Shown here: positions 26,264 to 32,000 of the stretch, in pieces
Layout: every line of letters begins with the position of its first letter
Numbering within the stretch: the stretch's first letter is position 1
Assembly (NCBI RefSeq): GCF_030253515.1
Contig: NZ_CP124549.1
Coordinates: 720,001 to 752,000 of the forward strand
Direction: 5' to 3'
Source: Candidatus Nanosynbacter lyticus
GTDB taxonomy: Bacteria > Patescibacteriota > Saccharimonadia > Saccharimonadales > Saccharimonadaceae
DNA length: 32,000 bases
The notes under the pieces: model-generated
What the model saw: the letters and a program-made list of their open reading frames with translations, nothing else
The model's database searches: none
Told to the model about the DNA's origin: nothing
Translations under genes and position numbers: made by a program

Positions 26264-27292
26264 TTACCGCCTACAAGGCCAAACTGCATCAATAATCGTA
26301 TACGGCAAACGCCGGTATCGCCACCAGCTAACTAATGTCACCCCAAGCCAGCCAATGACAACAGGCATGCCGGCTCTAGGCCCCAGCATAATGCCATACA
26401 TGAACAAGCCAATATACCCCAATCGCAGCAGATACATTGTCAATCGATGAGGCCAAGAACGTTCACGATCATCCAATGATATTCCCGTCATCCAGCCGCC
26501 AATCGTTTGCCCACCCGTCATGAGCGGCATGATCAGCTGGACTACTAACTCACCACCAGCGAGAATACCATATGACAGTCCCGCAACAGTATTTCCCGCT
26601 AAACCCGGCATCGTGATATACAATATAATACCGATACACGTCCTCACTACAAGCACCACAACCACATCAAGTATAAACGCCACTAATCGCCGCACTAGGC
26701 CCGGCTGTGTTGTCACGGTCTCGCCATGCTTTACATTACGCAGATCTGGCAGCAACCGACCACACCAATAGCCGACCAAAGCGCCTCCGGTATTGAGCAA
26801 CAAGTCATCAACATCAAACAGCCTATAACTACATGGATACAAGCCAAACGCACCCGTTAGCTGGGTCACTTCAATCGTTAGTGATAGAACGAGTCCTAAT
26901 AGTACAACCATGTACCAGCGTACAGGGTACATCACTCGTAAAAACATACCGAACGGCATAAAAAAGACTATATTCATCACTACCTGTAGAACAGCCCGCA
27001 ACCCTTCAGCCTGTATGTCCATAATTGATGCGAGCGGATGTAGTTGTGGTGAGACTGCATGATGCGCACAGAACCATGCTGGATTATCTGGCATCGGATA
27101 GAGCGTAAACGCCACGAGTCCCAGTGCATACAATACAACCAGATACACCATGACCATCCTGCCGACTACTAGCCGTCGTAATCGCATATACTGTACAACG
27201 AGCAGCGGAAATGTCAAGAGCAGTGCAGCAAATGGCCAGAATGATATCGCCAGCTGAAATGACGAGGAGAATGTAGTAAAAAACGCTGTCAT
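26264..27292 (-). CDS. VanZ-like / RDD-domain fusion membrane protein
   Basis: The N-terminal half carries the VanZ signature (FDVDDLLLNTGGALVGYW). The C-terminal half starts with the RDD-type RRLVAFILDVVVV and has further TM helices. Confidence 0.6.
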   Translation of the reverse strand: MTAFFTTFSSSFQLAISFWPFAALLLTFPLLVVQYMRLRRLVVGRMVMVYLVVLYALGLVAFTLYPMPDNPAWFCAHHAVSPQLHPLASIMDIQAEGLRAVLQVVMNIVFFMPFGMFLRVMYPVRWYMVVLLGLVLSLTIEVTQLTGAFGLYPCSYRLFDVDDLLLNTGGALVGYWCGRLLPDLRNVKHGETVTTQPGLVRRLVAFILDVVVVLVVRTCIGIILYITMPGLAGNTVAGLSYGILAGGELVVQLIMPLMTGGQTIGGWMTGISLDDRERSWPHRLTMYLLRLGYIGLFMYGIMLGPRAGMPVVIGWLGVTLVSWWRYRRLPYTIIDAVWPCRR

Positions 27293-27337
27293 GCTCTTAC
27301 TATTATGCAGGAAAAATTAGCTATCGTCAAATATGCC

Positions 27338-27955
27338 TCATTCTCGAATGATCGCCAAGGATGCCTCGACTATCAGCCGAGCCAGATGGTACTTCAGCCA
27401 TTCATCAACCGCCCGTGCGGCGCCTGGCAAGGCTTCATTAGCGTAATCATCAACAATGATGGTTACCGTTTCCTGAAATTTGCCGTCACACACACGAAAC
27501 GAATCGGCAATTGACTCATAAAAATCACCGTCAAAAAAGGCAAAGATGATGCTTTCTGGCACGTCCTCAGAGGTAAAATCAGCAAACCAACCCTTGTGAA
27601 TGATCGGCAGTTTTAGTCCTGCCTTTTTGAAATTCTGGACGAAGGTTTTACGCGGCGCCAAGAGTTCACCCGCCTTGAACTGCTCACCTGCAGCACTGGC
27701 GTCGGCTTGGGTTTTTTCTGGCAAGCCCATAAACGAATCGTAAACATGAAATTCACCAGTAAAATCATAGGCGTCCAGCAGCCGCCGAATGAACAAACTC
27801 GTCGTGCCGACATAACAGCCAAACTCGACGATGTTACCAGTCGCGCCGCTTTGCAGCACCTTTTCCAATTCTCGTAGCAAGACGCCGAGCTCTTTGGCGT
27901 CAACTTGGTCGGAAATGATGGGATATTTGGCGAGGAGTCGGTCGGTTTTATTCAT
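27338..27955 (-). CDS. class I SAM-dependent methyltransferase, TylF/MycF (macrocin O-methyltransferase)-like
   Basis: IVEFGCYVGTTS (SAM motif I), FFDGDFYESI and IIVDDY match TylF-family motifs. Start set to MNKTD (27955) because TATAAT (27963-27968) lies 7 nt upstream. Confidence 0.6.
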   Translation of the reverse strand: MNKTDRLLAKYPIISDQVDAKELGVLLRELEKVLQSGATGNIVEFGCYVGTTSLFIRRLLDAYDFTGEFHVYDSFMGLPEKTQADASAAGEQFKAGELLAPRKTFVQNFKKAGLKLPIIHKGWFADFTSEDVPESIIFAFFDGDFYESIADSFRVCDGKFQETVTIIVDDYANEALPGAARAVDEWLKYHLARLIVEASLAIIRE

Positions 27956-28044
27956 ATTGTTTATTATAGTTAGTATATGAATTATCGACAAATGATTACC
28001 ACTAGATTATTATGCCTTTATAATCCTAAGCATAACTTTTCAAT

Positions 28045-28782
28045 ATGAACAACCACAAAACTATCACAACCTTTTTACCAAAACAAATAGACATAAGACA
28101 GTTAGACCTCGTACAGCTTGCCCTGCAAAATTCTAATTTGATTGTATATGGAGAAATTCACGGCATAAAAGAAAATGCCGACATTGTATATACCCTAGTT
28201 AGAAAACTCGGCACTCAAAGGTTAGCTATCGAAGCTAGCCCCACAGTGCTAAACTTCATCAATTCAGTAAAGGCCAAGGTTTATGATTTTTCCTTAGTTG
28301 ATGAAGATCTTTTTGAGTCTAGTATTTTATCCATTGAAATGATCAAAACGATAGCAATTCTATTACAGCAAGGCCAGCTTAAGGAGTTAGTTCTTATTGA
28401 TACATTCTTTGACATTTTAGACAAGGACGCCGTCATATTACCAAGCCCGCAGGAGCGAGAAGAACAACTAGTTGAAAATATTCGTAGCATCGATGATTCC
28501 TTGCCGACACTTTGTATTATGGGTCAATGGCATACGCAGCCTAACGTGGTCAAAAATGACAAAATAATCCATAAATCGGCACTATATCGCCTGAGAAAAG
28601 TAAAGCCAAATGTGCCGTTTGTTCATAATATCTACCGTCAAGGAGAACTGTTTAATGACGGAAGGGTTATTGAGTTACCTTACAACCCAGCAATATCATC
28701 TTACTATGAAATCATTCAGAAAACTGGTATAGATTTTGATCTATATGTACCGAAAGCAACAAGAATAGATATACCTGAATAA
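28045..28782 (+). CDS. ChaN / erythromycin-esterase / Tiki-TraB superfamily-like protein
   Basis: 245 aa. IVYGEIHG (GExHG-like), LAIEAS (conserved Glu) and IMGQWHT (C-terminal GxxH) occur in the order seen in this superfamily. The gene is visibly AT-rich. Confidence 0.35.
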   Translation: MNNHKTITTFLPKQIDIRQLDLVQLALQNSNLIVYGEIHGIKENADIVYTLVRKLGTQRLAIEASPTVLNFINSVKAKVYDFSLVDEDLFESSILSIEMIKTIAILLQQGQLKELVLIDTFFDILDKDAVILPSPQEREEQLVENIRSIDDSLPTLCIMGQWHTQPNVVKNDKIIHKSALYRLRKVKPNVPFVHNIYRQGELFNDGRVIELPYNPAISSYYEIIQKTGIDFDLYVPKATRIDIPE

Positions 28783-28820
28783 GCTTCTCGACCGGTTACG
28801 CGTCGTGCTAAAATTACACC

Positions 28821-29282
28821 ATGAACATCACCAGCCCAGCCTTCGCCGAAAACGCTAAAATACCAAAAGTTTACGCCAAGCTCGGCGGCAATCAACGCCC
28901 GCCGCTCGAGATCAGCGACGTGCCGGCAGACGCCAAAAGTCTGGCGATCATTTGCCACGACCCTGACGCGCCTGGGCGCGATGGATTTTACCATTGGACG
29001 GTTTGGAATTTGCCGGGCAAAACCGCTGAAATTTCTAGCGAGTCACTGCCCGCGGGCATCGTCGAGGGGATTACTAGTTGGGGTCGGCCTGGCTGGGGCG
29101 GACCGCAGCCGCCGTTTGGCACGCACCGCTATCAATTTTACGTGTATGCGCTAGACACAACACTGGATTTACCAAGCGACACCAAACCAAAAGGGCTCAT
29201 CGCTGCCCTCACGCCGCACATCATTAGCCAAGCTGTGCTGACGGGAAAATTCGGCGTGTTTGATATTCTTCGACGGGGCTAA
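28821..29282 (+). CDS. YbhB/YbcL-family phosphatidylethanolamine-binding (PEBP, Raf-kinase-inhibitor-like) protein
   Basis: CHDPDAP and GTHRYQFYVYAL motifs. TGCTAAAAT lies 6 nt upstream of the ATG. Confidence 0.8.
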   Translation: MNITSPAFAENAKIPKVYAKLGGNQRPPLEISDVPADAKSLAIICHDPDAPGRDGFYHWTVWNLPGKTAEISSESLPAGIVEGITSWGRPGWGGPQPPFGTHRYQFYVYALDTTLDLPSDTKPKGLIAALTPHIISQAVLTGKFGVFDILRRG

Positions 29283-29373
29283 CCGAGCCCACCGGCTAAT
29301 AAGTCAGCATCTGTGAAATTTCCAGTCGCCATCTTTCCTCTCGAGTCATTTTTTAGTATACTATCTCCAGCGT

Positions 29374-29450
29374 CGGGGTGTGGCGCAGCTCGGTAGCGCG
29401 CACCGTTCGGGACGGTGAGGTCGCTGGTTCAAATCCAGTCACCCCGACCA
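29374..29450 (+). tRNA. tRNA-Pro (CGG), CCA encoded
   Basis: 77-nt cloverleaf, CGGGGTG TG GCGC...GCGC G CACCG TTCGGGA CGGTG AGGTC GCTGG TTCAAAT CCAGT CACCCCG ACCA, with C1:G72 and A73 as in bacterial tRNA-Pro. Confidence 0.9.
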
Positions 29451-29517
29451 TGAAATTATTTGAAGCGCATGTTCACCACCTAGAACCTCTGGCGATCACA
29501 AAAGCAAAGGAGGTTAT

Positions 29518-29985
29518 ATGCAGCGACGAGTTAACGTACGCGGAATTATTATCAGCGATCAGGGCGAGATTTTTTGCCAGAAATTAACCGCAAATAACGG
29601 CACGGGGCGAGAGTTTTGGTGTGCACCGGGCGGCGGTTTGGAGCTTGGCGAGAGTCTGCTGGATGGCCTAACGCGCGAGATGATTGAGGAAACTGGCGTC
29701 AAGCCAACCATTGGCAAGCTATTATTCATCCAACAATTTACCGACACCAACCCCTCGTCTAAACACGGCGTTACTGAGCAGCTCGAGTTTTTCTTTGCCA
29801 TCACCAACTGGCGTGATTACCAGCACATTGACCTGGAGCAAACATCGCACGGCGTTGAGGAAGTAGCGGAGTGCGGCTTTGTCGATCCAAAAACTACGCG
29901 GATTTTGCCGAGCTACCTAACAGAGGTTGACCTAAACTGGCTGGTTAATGAATCGACTGATGTTCAGATGATGAGCGAATTGTAA
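29518..29985 (+). CDS. NUDIX hydrolase
   Basis: A complete Nudix box, GGLELGESLLDGLTREMIEETGV. AAAGGAGG SD 4 nt upstream. Confidence 0.85.
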   Translation: MQRRVNVRGIIISDQGEIFCQKLTANNGTGREFWCAPGGGLELGESLLDGLTREMIEETGVKPTIGKLLFIQQFTDTNPSSKHGVTEQLEFFFAITNWRDYQHIDLEQTSHGVEEVAECGFVDPKTTRILPSYLTEVDLNWLVNESTDVQMMSEL

Positions 29986-30043
29986 CAATCCTACCAAGAC
30001 TATTTACCAAAGATTTTGCTATAGTCAGTTTTTGGATAATTTG

Positions 30044-30857
30044 CTACATATAGTCACGCTGTAGGGTGGTTATTGCATGAACGGCCGCCCCCTTAAGTGC
30101 GGGTGAATTTTCACTCGCAGACACCACCTCTCGGTAACTGCCCAGACATTTTTCTAATAGCTTCCACCTATCGGCCGGAGACTGGTTGAGCTGATTCGCC
30201 AAAACTGATATGGCATCAATAAGTAACGACCGGAGGTCACCTTGAACTGATCTATTGATATATCCTTGCGCACGAAGAATATCCTCACCGTGATCAACTT
30301 GCCCAACATAATCACGAAAACTCCTCGCATATTCAAAGTCAATATAGCGAGTCGCAGAATTATCACCGTCAGAACCCGACAGCCGGACAAGATTACGCAT
30401 AAAAGCATCCTTGTGAGCAATATGTATTTTATGCAACGCAGATAATGCCAAAAGAGCATCCATTAAATGCTGTTTGATATTCTCTGAGCTCATTTCACGC
30501 CATGCAAGACCCTCAAAGTTGACCGCTTTTTCATCGAATCGAGTCATGATCCATGCCGAACGGTCCTTGGAACCACTGGGCTTCCCTGTTATCTTCCTTG
30601 GAGCCACTAACTGTTTTCACATCTACAGTAAATGCTCCGTTGCGAGACGAGCCTTCACGTGATAAATCTCTGTGTGGCTCAGCTGTAGTGACAGGGGGAA
30701 AGTTCGGTGTAACATACAACAATGGTTTATTGTCTAAATCAAGCTCTGGATAAAACTCCCTGGACATATGATCAACTTGCTCTGACATGTCAGGCAAAAA
30801 CGGCCTTCTAGTTGTCTCAACCAAAAGGCGACATGCTGCTCCACGCTCGGTATCCAT
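30044..30857 (-). pseudogene. APH/choline-kinase-like phosphotransferase (protein-kinase-like fold), split into two overlapping frames
   Basis: The C-terminal ORF has HKDAFMRN (HxDxxxxN) and IDFEYA, 17 aa later. The N-terminal ORF (30531-30857) is in another frame. Removing 31 nt (30578-30608) gives one 783-nt ORF. An intact TGTTATAAC -10 lies 6 nt upstream of the ATG. Confidence 0.45.
30564..30608 (-). repeat. 14-nt imperfect direct repeat (AGTGG[C/T]TCCAAGGA) offset by 31 nt at the frame break
   Basis: The copies lie at 30595-30608 and 30564-30577 (13/14 identical). They encode SGSKE in frame A and SGSKD in frame B. Confidence 0.8.
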
Positions 30858-30905
30858 ATTTGTGTTATAACATAAAATTATTATTTTGAAAATAGCTATA
30901 TCGTA

Positions 30906-31517
30906 CTACCGCATGGCCCGAATCATTTTCCTCAGCTGCTCGACCGCTCGGGTGCGGCGCTCACGTGTCCAGTACGTATCAGCTGTGGCCTTTTCGCCAT
31001 CAGCAGTAGTTTCCTGAAGGAAATGACCAACAATATGGCCGTCCTTTAGCGCCGTCACATCAGGAACATACACTCGCGGTTGGCCGTTCTCATCAGTACG
31101 GAGATGCGGCTTCAATGTTTCAACCAATTTTTTGTAGGTAGCGTCATTGGTTTCGCGGGCATGGCGAATATCGAGATAGTAAATCTTGTCCAACCCTTCG
31201 GCCTTGGCGGCGTCGTCAACAATTGGCGCCAACTGCTGACACCACGGGCACTGCTGAAAGCCAAGGAAAATCAAGCCACTACCTGATTCAAACTTCTCCA
31301 AAACCTCACCAGCCGAAGCAAAGACGAAGCGATTGTCATCGGCCACGCGGGAATACGCAGCCTTAAAGCGAGCAGCGTCTGATGGCTGCGGTGACACTGG
31401 TACGTGCGAGCGTGACCAGATATACCAGCCGCATATAACGATGGCAATGATACCAACAAAACCGATGGTCAAAAACAGCCATTTGTTCTGGCGTTTGGCT
31501 AGCTTGGCATGTTTCAT
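30906..31517 (-). CDS. membrane-anchored thioredoxin-fold protein (CPWC motif)
   Basis: Start set to MKHAK (31517), with an AAGGAGG SD 5 nt upstream. It has an N-terminal TM helix (WLFLTIGFVGIIAIVICGWYIW) and LIFLGFQQCPWCQQ. Confidence 0.6.
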   Translation of the reverse strand: MKHAKLAKRQNKWLFLTIGFVGIIAIVICGWYIWSRSHVPVSPQPSDAARFKAAYSRVADDNRFVFASAGEVLEKFESGSGLIFLGFQQCPWCQQLAPIVDDAAKAEGLDKIYYLDIRHARETNDATYKKLVETLKPHLRTDENGQPRVYVPDVTALKDGHIVGHFLQETTADGEKATADTYWTRERRTRAVEQLRKMIRAMR

Positions 31518-31530
31518 CTGGGCCTCCTTG

Positions 31531-32000
31531 TTATTTATCCTTGACGCCAAAAAACTTCCGTGCCCGCTCAGTCACCGGATGATCCATCACCTGCTCCGGC
31601 GGACCATTTTCGATAATCTCGCCCTTGTCCAGGAAAATCATCCGGGTGGCTACTTCGCGCGCAAACTTCATTTCATGCGTGACGATGACCATGGTCATAC
31701 CTTTGGCGGCAACCTCACGGATCACGTCCAACACTTCGCCAATCATCTCTGGATCAAGCGCTGAGGTTGGCTCGTCAAACAACATGATGTCCGGCTCCAT
31801 AGCGAGGGCTCTCGCGATAGCCACGCGCTGCTTTTGCCCGCCTGAGAGCTGCGAAGGAAAGGCGTTGGCTTTGTCCGCCAGCCCCACGTCCGCCAGCAAT
31901 TTCTTTGCCAGGCGCGTCGCCGCCCGATCAGACAGTTTGCGCAGTTTCCGCGGCGCTAGTTTGATGTTATCCAGCACACTCAAGTTTGGGAACAGATTGA
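31531..32000 (-). CDS. polar amino-acid ABC transporter ATP-binding protein (GlnQ/HisP-like), 5' end outside window
   Basis: LSGGQKQRVAIARALAMEPDIMLFDEPTSALDPE and VTHEM. The frame stays open to the window edge (NLFPNLSVLDNI Q-loop region). Confidence 0.85.
   Translation of the reverse strand, partial: NLFPNLSVLDNIKLAPRKLRKLSDRAATRLAKKLLADVGLADKANAFPSQLSGGQKQRVAIARALAMEPDIMLFDEPTSALDPEMIGEVLDVIREVAAKGMTMVIVTHEMKFAREVATRMIFLDKGEIIENGPPEQVMDHPVTERARKFFGVKDK

Noticed and set aside
29378-29587. A 69-aa ORF covering tRNA-Pro. The same applies to ORFs 3170-3409 and 1292-1507, which cover the two tRNA(CAT) genes.
   Set aside because: These are reading frames through well-folded tRNA genes with no translation signals, so they are spurious.

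Overview
Compact, gene-dense bacterial chromosomal window with about 42 protein genes and 3 tRNAs, mostly on the minus strand. I saw no rRNA, CRISPR array, transposase or integrase. Housekeeping genes: a MurC-like ligase, a recA / 2H-phosphoesterase / recX cluster, class I lysyl-tRNA synthetase, an FtsB/DivIC-like protein, initiator-type tRNA-Met, a second tRNA(CAT) and tRNA-Pro(CGG). Envelope and transport genes: two CorA paralogues, a DHA2 MFS exporter, an ABC-2 exporter pair, a CNNM/CBS protein, a DsbA-like protein, a prepilin-type pilin, a membrane-anchored CHAP amidase and a VanZ-RDD fusion. A complete arginine deiminase operon, arcA-arcB-arcD(YfcC type)-arcC, lies at 21.4-26.2 kb. By inference only, the gene content and style resemble Saccharibacteria (TM7)/Patescibacteria: the ADI operon, class I LysRS, an orphan pilin, a CHAP hydrolase and many small orphan ORFs. 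I found no clear multi-gene novel system. The best leads are: (1) the same 3-codon mini-uORF, ATG-NNN-TGC-TGA, 24-25 nt upstream of the start codons of two unrelated exporter genes; (2) an orphan ~250-nt transcription unit with its own promoter, tandem upstream repeats, a 31-codon ORF and a bidirectional terminator; (3) 15 genes with a -10 box 6-8 nt upstream of the ATG, implying leaderless mRNAs and revising seven ORF-track starts; (4) an APH/choline-kinase-like gene split by a 31-nt segment between 14-nt direct repeats; (5) a tRNA-flanked islet of orphan or decayed genes with a paralogous Cys-cluster pair; (6) three visibly AT-rich singleton genes.
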